A model generated the notes under the pieces. It saw nothing but the letters and a program-made list of their open reading frames with translations. It was not told the origin of the DNA and did no database searches. Positions 7,575 through 13,890 of a stretch of DNA of 13,890 nt are shown piece after piece. A program made the translations under genes and the position numbers. The DNA lies in the NCBI GenBank assembly GCA_039794085.1, contig JBDIWC010000078.1, positions 1-13,890 on the forward strand, read 5' to 3'. The number at the start of each line of letters is the position of its first letter. Position 1 is the stretch's first letter. This DNA comes from Gemmatimonadales bacterium (GTDB taxonomy: Bacteria; Gemmatimonadota; Gemmatimonadetes; Gemmatimonadales; GWC2-71-9).

Positions 7575-8218
7575 CAGCGGGAAGATACCGGAACGGGATC
7601 GGGGCCCGGTGCCGGCTTCGGGGCGGCGGTGTGTCCCGCGAGACGACGGCCCCGGCGGAACTCACGGAGACAGAGCCCCACCGTGCCTCCCAGCGCGAGG
7701 AAGGCGATCCATCCGCCGAGGGCGGGCCAGGACACCGCCTTGAAGTTGAGCAGGTTCTTGCTCCCGATCAGCGGAGGCTGGTAGCTCATTCCGGGGACCT
7801 TGATGGCGGCCATGGGGTTGAGGTCATGCCCGTAATCGTATCCCCAGAGAAAGAAATCCACGAGTCCCACCAGGCCGGCGACGAGGAAGAGGCCGGTCCA
7901 GATGTAGAGCAGCGACCGGCGGCCCGCCGCGGCCACCCCGAGGCCGGTGAGCGTGAGTCCGACGATGACCCACGGCATGAGGCGCAGCTCGGGGATCGCC
8001 TCGGGACGGATCTCCTTCATGCCGATGTAGTGGTTCAGGCCATTGATGGAGTTCAGGTCGTTCGGCTTCTGGCCGGTGATCTGGTCGGCCCAGATGTACA
8101 TGCCCAGGCCTTCGGGGTACTGCGGCGCGATCAACTCGATGTGCCAGAGTGGCGTGCGCAGGACGGCCAGCAGCGCGAGGGCGAGCACCGCGAGACCAAG
8201 GCGGGTTGTGCGGGTCAT
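7574..8218 (-). CDS. nosB: Clade II nos-associated membrane protein (NosB-like), 214 aa
   Basis: About 4 hydrophobic segments. APQYPEGL, INGLNHYIGM and YGHDLNP..IKVPGMSYQPPLIG match the conserved protein encoded next to clade II nosZ. Start set at ATG 8218 behind an AAAGGA RBS. Confidence 0.78.
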   Translation of the reverse strand: MTRTTRLGLAVLALALLAVLRTPLWHIELIAPQYPEGLGMYIWADQITGQKPNDLNSINGLNHYIGMKEIRPEAIPELRLMPWVIVGLTLTGLGVAAAGRRSLLYIWTGLFLVAGLVGLVDFFLWGYDYGHDLNPMAAIKVPGMSYQPPLIGSKNLLNFKAVSWPALGGWIAFLALGGTVGLCLREFRRGRRLAGHTAAPKPAPGPDPVPVSSR

Positions 8219-8246
8219 GGTCGGTCTGTCCTTTCCACCCAGCCGG

Positions 8247-8293
8247 CCGGAGCCGGCCGGAAGCTCCTCGGGGGAGTTCCCGGCCGGCCCCGG
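8247..8293 (-). other. GC-rich RNA hairpin directly downstream of nosZ, without a U-tract
   Basis: The minus strand reads ccggggccggccgggaactcc-cccga-ggagcttccggccggctccgg: a 21-position stem with 2 G-U pairs and 1 mismatch. Confidence 0.75.
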
Positions 8294-8300
8294 ACGGTTC

Positions 8301-10247
8301 TTACGGCTTGTTAAAGCTGATCGGCACGGCGGATCCGCGCGCGGAGACACGAACATACCCCTGCATCTCCTGGTGCAGCGCCGAGCAGAAGTCGGTGCAG
8401 TAGAAGGGAAGCACCCCGACCCGTTCCGGAATCCACAGCATGGTGCGGGTCTGTCCCGGCATGATCAGCAGTTCGCTGGTCCGGGCCCCGGTGATGGCGA
8501 AGCCGTGGGGAACGTCCCAGTCCTGCTCGAGGTTCGTCACGTGGAAGAACACCGAGTCTCCCACCTGGATCCCCTCGATCTTGTCGGGCATGAAGTGGCT
8601 CCGGATCGACGTCATCTTCACGTGCACGGTCCGCCCCTCGCGGGTCACGTTCACGTCCCGTTCGGCCGTGGTGGCCCAGGGGTCGGTGTTCTCGCCCAGG
8701 GGATAGACCTGCACCTGCTTCCCTTCGATGAGCGAGGCGGGAATCGCCTGGGCATAGTGCGGCTCGCCGATCGTGGGGAAGTCGAGGAGGAGGCGCATCT
8801 TGTCGCCGGTGATGTCGATGAGCTGGGCCGCGTGGGCGAGCTCAGGGCCGGTGGGGAGAAACCGGTCCTTGGTGATCTTGTTCAACGCCACCGCGTACTT
8901 GCCCCAGGGCTGGCGCGAATCACCACCGGGGATCATCAGATGGCCGATCGAGTAGTAGGTCGGGATCCGATCCACCACCTCGAAGGTCGTGAGGCTCCAC
9001 TTGGTGATTTCGGAGGACAGGAACATCGAGGTGTAGGCGAAACCCTTCCCGTCGAACTCGGTATGGAGCGGGCCGAGGCCCGCGTTCTGCACCTCACCCA
9101 CCATGGTGGATTCGTAGCGGAGGACGGGAATGTCATCGATGGTGGCGATGAAGTCCTTGGCCTCGATCGCCGCCAGCATCTTGCTGAACGAGTGCACCGG
9201 AATCACCGAGGCAAGCTTGCCCCCCGCCGCGATGAACTCACCGGTCGGGTCGACATCGACTCCGTGGGGCGACTTGGGAGTGGGGAGAAAGTAGACCATC
9301 CCCTCGCAGTCCCCCGGCTCCAGAACACTCGTGCCGGAGAGGGTTTCCGAGCGGGCAATGTGGTCGCGACCCAGGACGTTGTGCACATACCGCCCCGGCA
9401 CCGACTTGGCCTTCCCTTCCGCGAGACAGACCTCGGCCCGCTTCCAGTTGATCGCCGCGATGTAGTCCTTGTCGTTCTGGGAGGCGTTCACCTCGAGAAG
9501 GGTGTTGGCCTCCTCGCTGTTGTAGGAGGTGAAGAAGCTCCATCCATGCGAGGGACCCTTGCCCGAGTGCGAGAGGTCATAGTTGTACCCCGGCATCCGG
9601 ATCTGGAATGCGAGGGTCATCCGTCCCGACTCCGGGTCCACCTTCACGAACGAGAGCAGGCCGGCGAACTTCTCCTTGTACTGCTCGATGGAAACGTCCT
9701 CCTGGGGCGTCGGTACGCTGAAGCGGGTTCCCGCCACGGTGTATTCCGTGTTCTCGGTGACGAAGGGCGAAGCATGATTCCCGGCCGAGTTGGGGAGCTC
9801 CAGGATCTCCGCGGTTTCCATCGTCGTGAGGTCGATCCGGGCGATCCGGGGGGTGTTGTTCTCGTTGATGAAGAGCCAGCGCCCGTCCGGGATGCCATTG
9901 GTCTGGGACACCTCGGGATGGTGGGCATCCCCCCACGGTACCATGCCGTAGCTGGTGTTGAGCATCGCCTTGGACTGCTCGTTGTACCCGTACCCCTTCT
10001 CCGGGTCCTGGGAGAAGACCGGGATCACCCGGAAGAGCCGCCCCGAGGGGAGTCCGTAGATCGACACCTGTCCGCTGAATCCGCCAGACATGAAGGAGTA
10101 GAACTCGTCATACTCCCCGGGGGGAACGTACACCTTGCTCGCGGCATCACCCGCGCCGCCGACCGCGGATCCCGCCGGGCCGCACCCGGCCACGAGCAGC
10201 GCGGCACAACAGGTTGCCAGTCCGACTTTCCGACCTGCGTTCAGCAT
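8301..10247 (-). CDS. nosZ: Nitrous oxide reductase, clade II (Sec-dependent, predicted lipoprotein), 648 aa
   Basis: Seven CuZ His in DAHH, GNH, SPHG, GPLH, IGH and EPH. CuA ligands in PHGF...CTDFCSALHQEM. No twin-arginine motif; Sec-type leader with lipobox VAGC. No C-terminal heme c domain. Start ATG 10247 follows GGAGG. Confidence 0.98.
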   Translation of the reverse strand: MLNAGRKVGLATCCAALLVAGCGPAGSAVGGAGDAASKVYVPPGEYDEFYSFMSGGFSGQVSIYGLPSGRLFRVIPVFSQDPEKGYGYNEQSKAMLNTSYGMVPWGDAHHPEVSQTNGIPDGRWLFINENNTPRIARIDLTTMETAEILELPNSAGNHASPFVTENTEYTVAGTRFSVPTPQEDVSIEQYKEKFAGLLSFVKVDPESGRMTLAFQIRMPGYNYDLSHSGKGPSHGWSFFTSYNSEEANTLLEVNASQNDKDYIAAINWKRAEVCLAEGKAKSVPGRYVHNVLGRDHIARSETLSGTSVLEPGDCEGMVYFLPTPKSPHGVDVDPTGEFIAAGGKLASVIPVHSFSKMLAAIEAKDFIATIDDIPVLRYESTMVGEVQNAGLGPLHTEFDGKGFAYTSMFLSSEITKWSLTTFEVVDRIPTYYSIGHLMIPGGDSRQPWGKYAVALNKITKDRFLPTGPELAHAAQLIDITGDKMRLLLDFPTIGEPHYAQAIPASLIEGKQVQVYPLGENTDPWATTAERDVNVTREGRTVHVKMTSIRSHFMPDKIEGIQVGDSVFFHVTNLEQDWDVPHGFAITGARTSELLIMPGQTRTMLWIPERVGVLPFYCTDFCSALHQEMQGYVRVSARGSAVPISFNKP

Positions 10248-10273
10248 AGCAGCTTCCTCCATTCGCGTGTGAT

Positions 10274-10298
10274 GCCGGGACGGCGAATGCCGCCCGGC
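10274..10298 (-). other. Small hairpin between the cytochrome c gene and the nosZ RBS
   Basis: The minus strand reads gccgggcggc-attc-gccgtcccggc: a 10-bp GC stem with one bulged base. Confidence 0.5.
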
Positions 10299-10313
10299 CG
10301 TGGGGACCGGATC

Positions 10314-10790
10314 TCAGGGCGTGGCCTGGGTCCGGAGGTACTCCAGAATCGCGCGGGCGTCTCCCGGCGAGACGTTCTGGTTGGCCATGAAGCTCATCGT
10401 CTCCGCGACGAGTTGCTTCACCACCGGATGCCGCTCGATCATCTCCTGGGGGTTCAGGATCATGTTCATGATGAAGGCGGGGCTCCGGCGCGTGGTGACA
10501 TCGCCCAAGGCGGGGCCCACATACTTCTCCGCCATCTTGTGGCAGGCGGAGCACTTCTCGACGAACACCGCCTCTCCGCGGGCCGCCATGCCGGCATCGA
10601 TGGCGCCCAGTTCGACGGGGGCGGTGATGGGGCCGATTCCGTGTTCCAACTGGAACGGGGTGAGGTCGGAGCCGACGGCCGCAGCCGGAGCACCCGAATC
10701 TCCGCTGGCGCCCCCCTGTTCTCCGCCGCCACCACCACAGGCGGTGGCCAGGACGAGCGTCGCCGAGATTAACGCATTGCGCATGTACAT
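10314..10790 (-). CDS. Monoheme class I cytochrome c lipoprotein (NosC-like), probable electron donor to NosZ
   Basis: Single CxxCH (KCSACH), VGPAL, and a candidate distal Met in MANQ. Lipobox ATAC followed by a Gly/Ala linker. AAAGGA RBS before ATG 10790 (alternative start 10784). First gene of the nos operon. Confidence 0.9.
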   Translation of the reverse strand: MYMRNALISATLVLATACGGGGGEQGGASGDSGAPAAAVGSDLTPFQLEHGIGPITAPVELGAIDAGMAARGEAVFVEKCSACHKMAEKYVGPALGDVTTRRSPAFIMNMILNPQEMIERHPVVKQLVAETMSFMANQNVSPGDARAILEYLRTQATP

Positions 10791-10829
10791 ATCATGTTTC
10801 CTTTGGACCCTTCGGTCCCCTCGATGTGG

Positions 10830-10863
10830 TACCTTCACCCTGATTGGAGGATGAAGGTAGAAT
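10830..10863. promoter_or_regulatory. Inverted repeat (candidate operator) overlapping a candidate -10 box in the divergent nos/BNR intergenic region
   Basis: taccttcaccct-gattgg-aggatgaaggta (10830-10859; 12-bp arms with 1 mismatch). TAGAAT at 10858-10863 on the + strand, with TTCACC 18 bp upstream. Confidence 0.45.
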
Positions 10864-10906
10864 GTGGAGATTGGGATCGTAGTGAAGTGACCCTGAAGGA
10901 GTCTTC

Positions 10907-12100
10907 ATGAGAACGCATCTCCGGTGGATCCTTATTCTAGTGGTATTGGTGGGTGGTGTCTCCTGCAGGGATGGCGGGTCCGCCTCCCTGATCGAGGCCG
11001 ATTTTGAGGCACCGTCCGGGAGCCGCACGCCGAGTCTGACCCGGGCGTCGGACGGGTCCCCGGTGTTGAGCTGGTTTCAACTGGGAGCGGACACGACGCT
11101 CGTCACCGCCCTCCGGCGCGGGGGAGTCTGGTCCGAGCCGCGGCCGGTGGCCACCCGGAGCACCTTCTTCGTCAACTGGGCCGATTTTCCTGGGGTGACG
11201 GTGGCCTCGGACGGGCGGTGGCTGGTGCACTGGCTCGAGCGGACCGCCTCCTCGCCCTATGCCTATCACATCATGGTCAGCAGCTCGGGGGACGAGGGCC
11301 GTACCTGGTCGAACCCGGTGGTGCTGCACGATGATCGCTCCGATACCGAGCATGGGTTCGTCGCCACCGCCGCGGGCGACAGCGGGGCCATTCACCTCGC
11401 CTGGCTCGACGGCCGGTTCACCGGGGGCACCCCTCCGGGGATGATGACAGCACGATTCGCCACGGTGATGCCCGATGGCCGGATCACCGGTGAACGGGAG
11501 CTCGATGGCAGCACCTGCGACTGCTGCCCCGTCTCCATGACCGCCACCTCCGGCGGGGGCCTCGTCGTCGGCTATCGCAACCGGACCGCCGAGGAGGTCA
11601 GGGACATTTACGTGACACGGAGAACACCCGAGGGATGGAGCGAACCGGTGGCGGTGTCGAACGACGGGTGGATTCACCGAGCCTGTCCGGTGAATGGTCC
11701 CGCCCTCGCCGCCGCTGGCGATCGCGTCACGGTGGCCTGGTACACGGCTGCCGGCGATTCCGCCCGGATGTACCTGGCGATGAGCGAGGATGGGGGTGCC
11801 ACGTGGAGTGACCGAACCCGCCTGGACGACGGGGATCCCGTGGGCCGGGTGTCGGCCACCTCGCTCGGAGACGGTGCGACCCTGGTCGTGTGGCTCGAGG
11901 GACGGGGTGAGGAAGCGGCGTGGGTGGCTCGGCGTGTTTCTCCGGAGGGGGTGCCGGGGCCGGTCCTGACACTGGCGGAGTCGAGTCGTGCGAGGGCCGT
12001 GGGATTTCCGAGAATCCTCGAAGCGGGAAAGGAGGTGTTCGTCACCTGGACCGCGCGGGATAAGGGCGGGGAGCATGTGGAGGTGTGGCGCCTGCCGTAG
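10907..12100 (+). CDS. BNR/Asp-box repeat (sialidase-like beta-propeller) lipoprotein with a CDCC...CP motif
   Basis: Asp boxes SGDEGRTW and SEDGGATW. Motifs FFVNWADFP, EHGFV, TCDCCP and ACPVNGP. Lipobox GVSC. AAGGAG RBS. Confidence 0.8.
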   Translation: MRTHLRWILILVVLVGGVSCRDGGSASLIEADFEAPSGSRTPSLTRASDGSPVLSWFQLGADTTLVTALRRGGVWSEPRPVATRSTFFVNWADFPGVTVASDGRWLVHWLERTASSPYAYHIMVSSSGDEGRTWSNPVVLHDDRSDTEHGFVATAAGDSGAIHLAWLDGRFTGGTPPGMMTARFATVMPDGRITGERELDGSTCDCCPVSMTATSGGGLVVGYRNRTAEEVRDIYVTRRTPEGWSEPVAVSNDGWIHRACPVNGPALAAAGDRVTVAWYTAAGDSARMYLAMSEDGGATWSDRTRLDDGDPVGRVSATSLGDGATLVVWLEGRGEEAAWVARRVSPEGVPGPVLTLAESSRARAVGFPRILEAGKEVFVTWTARDKGGEHVEVWRLP

Positions 12101-12150
12101 GGGCGGGCCTCGTGTCCGCTCGTTCGTTGATCGCTTGACTGACGGGCTCA

Positions 12151-12174
12151 CACGAAGACACGAAGGCACGAAGG
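12151..12174 (+). repeat. Triple octamer repeat CACGAAGA CACGAAGG CACGAAGG (copy 1)
   Basis: Read directly from the sequence. Preceded by CTCA. Near-identical to 13848-13871. Confidence 0.85.
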
Positions 12175-12461
12175 GGCTTCGGCCATGGAATGGGGAGACA
12201 ACGTTAGCCGTGTTCCTGTGTTGGCCGTGGTCTCGATCGATGTGCGCCGTCGGTCCACCGCCCGGGTGCCGTGTGGGGAGGGGCGATCGGGCTTGTGACG
12301 GGAGTCGCCTACGGTCTGCTGATCGGGGAGATCGCGGCCCCTCCCATTCCTTTGATGGAGAGGAAACCCGTACCGACGATGGATGGAAAACCAGCCCGAA
12401 CACTCTACTCTTGAGATGAGGTCGCGACGCGACCCACCACCTGCTCCTGGGGAGGCATCTC

Positions 12462-13118
12462 ATGCACATGCCCATTCGGTTTCTTTCCCTGACGGCCCTT
12501 CTTCTGGCGGGCTGTGCTACCAAGACCCAGACGGGCGCCGTGGTCGGCGCGGCCGGAGGCGCCGTGGCCGGTGGGGTGATCGGCAAGGTGGCGGGATCCA
12601 CCGCCAAGGGTGCGATCATCGGCGCCGTGGTCGGCGGGGCGGCCGGCGCCATCATCGGGTCCCAGATGGACAAACAGGCCCAGGAGTTAGAGCAGAACAT
12701 CAAGGGGGCGACGGTGGAGCGGGTGGGTGAGGGGATCCAGGTCACCTTCGCTTCGGGCCTTCTCTTCGATTTCGATTCCGATGTGGTTCGCCCCGAGGCC
12801 CAAACCAACCTGCGGGAGCTCGCGCTCAGTCTTGAGAAATATTCCGGATCCAACCTGCTGATCATCGGTCACACCGATCAGCTCGGGTCCGAGGACTACA
12901 ACCAGAGGTTGTCGGAACGCCGGGCCAACGCGGCGGCCACCTACCTGATCTCGCAGGGCGTGAGCGGGTCGCGCCTGGCCACCCGCGGACTGGGAGAGAC
13001 GGAGCCCATCGCGACCAATGAGACCGAGGCCGGGCGTCAGACCAACCGACGGGTCGAGGTGGCGATCTTTGCGAGCGAGCAGGCGCGCGCCGCCGCCGCG
13101 AAACGCGTGACTCCATGA
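12462..13118 (+). CDS. OmpA-family lipoprotein with glycine zipper (YiaD-like)
   Basis: Lipobox LAGC. Glycine zipper GAVVGAAGGAVAGG. OmpA C-terminal motifs FDFDS, GHTD, YNQRLSERRA and NRRVE. GGAGG RBS. Confidence 0.93.
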   Translation: MHMPIRFLSLTALLLAGCATKTQTGAVVGAAGGAVAGGVIGKVAGSTAKGAIIGAVVGGAAGAIIGSQMDKQAQELEQNIKGATVERVGEGIQVTFASGLLFDFDSDVVRPEAQTNLRELALSLEKYSGSNLLIIGHTDQLGSEDYNQRLSERRANAAATYLISQGVSGSRLATRGLGETEPIATNETEAGRQTNRRVEVAIFASEQARAAAAKRVTP

Positions 13119-13444
13119 GCCACAGGGCCCTCGCCACGCTTGGCCTGGTGCTCCTGACGGCATGTCCCGGGGCCAAGCCAATCACCGAGCTTCTCGACGA
13201 TCCCGGTCGCTACGATGGGGAAACGGTCCGGATCGCGGGGGAGGTGACCGAGTCGGTCGGAGCCGTGGGGGTTGGCGTCTACCAGATTGACGATGGAACC
13301 GGAACCCTCACCGTGGTGACCAAGGCCGGAAGCGGGACTCCCCGGGTCGGCGCCAAGGTGGGTGTGGAGGGGGAGTTCCGGTCGGCCTTCACTCTCGGAA
13401 CCCGGACGGTGGCGGTGCTGATCGAGGAAAAACGGAGGTCGTGA
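13115..13444 (+). CDS. Small OB-fold lipoprotein of unknown function
   Basis: Lipobox LTAC. The pattern V.IAGEV...YQIDDGTGTLTV...G.KV.VEG fits an OB fold. ATGA overlap with the ompA-family gene. Confidence 0.72.
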   Translation: MSHRALATLGLVLLTACPGAKPITELLDDPGRYDGETVRIAGEVTESVGAVGVGVYQIDDGTGTLTVVTKAGSGTPRVGAKVGVEGEFRSAFTLGTRTVAVLIEEKRRS

Positions 13445-13701
13445 TGGACCTGCTCACGTTGCTGATCGTTGGTCTGGTCGCCGGGCTCCTGGCCAGCCTT
13501 GTGGTGGGCGGGGTCGGCTACGGACTCCTGGGCGACATCGTGCTGGGGATCATCGGCGCCTTTCTGGGGAGTTGGATCTTCCGATCGCTGGCGATCCAGG
13601 TACCGTTCAGGGGCCTCGGCGGCACCATCTTCGTCGCGTTCATCGGGGCCGTGGTGCTGCTCCTGGTGCTGCGCATCGTCCATGGGGGCCGACGCGCCTA
13701 G
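13444..13701 (+). CDS. GlsB/YeaQ/YmgE family (transglycosylase-associated) small membrane protein
   Basis: IVGLVAGLLAS...GLLGDIVLGIIGAFLG...AFIGAVVLL, with three hydrophobic segments. ATG 13444 fits the GGAGG spacing better than GTG 13441. Confidence 0.9.
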   Translation: MDLLTLLIVGLVAGLLASLVVGGVGYGLLGDIVLGIIGAFLGSWIFRSLAIQVPFRGLGGTIFVAFIGAVVLLLVLRIVHGGRRA

Positions 13702-13725
13702 AGTAGTGCCGCCTTCGCCCTCGTG

Positions 13726-13755
13726 GGTGCCTCCTCGGGATCCCGAGGGGGCACC
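13726..13755. repeat. 30-bp near-perfect palindrome downstream of the ompA operon (possible terminator or stabiliser)
   Basis: ggtgcctcctcggga|tcccgagggggcacc. The single deviation is a G-U pair on the + strand. No U-tract. Confidence 0.7.
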
Positions 13756-13760
13756 AGAAC

Positions 13761-13787
13761 GTTATCCCGAGCGAAAGCGAGGGATCT
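13761..13787 (+). repeat. REP-like hairpin GTTATCCCGAGCGAAAGCGAGGGATCT
   Basis: ATCCC/GGGAT stem, tandem GA/GA internal loop, 2-bp GC stem and GAAA tetraloop. Confidence 0.6.
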
Positions 13788-13847
13788 GAGAAGGTCGGCT
13801 GAGTTACTTCCCATCGTCCGGACTTTGATGCTTGCGGAACTGCCTCG

Positions 13848-13871
13848 CACGAAGACACGAAGACACGAAGG
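13848..13871 (+). repeat. Triple octamer repeat CACGAAGA CACGAAGA CACGAAGG (copy 2)
   Basis: Read directly from the sequence. Preceded by CTCG. 23 of 24 bases identical to 12151-12174. Confidence 0.85.
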
Positions 13872-13890
13872 AGTCGAAGCCTGACAGCGG

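Noticed and set aside
8219..8356. N-terminal extension of the NosB-like ORF
   Set aside because: Overlaps the nosZ 3' end and the hairpin. A good RBS precedes ATG 8218.
8043..10772. 909-aa + strand ORF
   Set aside because: Antisense shadow of nosZ and the cytochrome c gene. No recognisable motifs; long antisense ORFs are expected at high GC.
10937..12865. 642-aa minus-strand ORF
   Set aside because: Antisense to the BNR and OmpA genes. Arg/Pro/His-rich, with no domain signal.
12151..13871. CRISPR array or IS ends suggested by the repeats
   Set aside because: Units are 8 bp with no spacers. No cas or transposase gene and no terminal inverted repeats are visible.

Overview
High-GC (roughly two-thirds G+C by eye) bacterial window with 15 supportable CDSs. 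The core is a minus-strand clade II (Sec-type) nitrous oxide reductase operon at about 4402-10790: cytochrome c, nosZ, nosB-like membrane protein, nosL, nosD, nosF, nosY. Most junctions are translationally coupled, and all CuZ and CuA ligands of NosZ are present. Gene order, lipoprotein-type NosZ and GC content suggest Gemmatimonadota (inference only). Left flank: DinB-family protein, a membrane protein with NapH/NosH-type Cys-Pro motifs, an MBL-fold hydrolase, an SGNH hydrolase and a SnoaL/NTF2-like lipoprotein. Right flank: a divergent Asp-box (BNR) lipoprotein with a CDCC/CP motif, then an OmpA lipoprotein, an OB-fold lipoprotein and a GlsB/YeaQ/YmgE protein. Items most worth following up: two candidate unnamed nos accessory genes (the Cys-motif BNR lipoprotein and the stand-alone Fe-S membrane protein), a palindrome in the shared divergent promoter region, hairpins on both sides of nosZ, and several short-period intergenic repeat elements (7-, 8- and 9-mers plus a GA/GA-GAAA hairpin). 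No rRNA, tRNA, CRISPR array or transposase was seen. All family calls come from motif recognition, not database searches.
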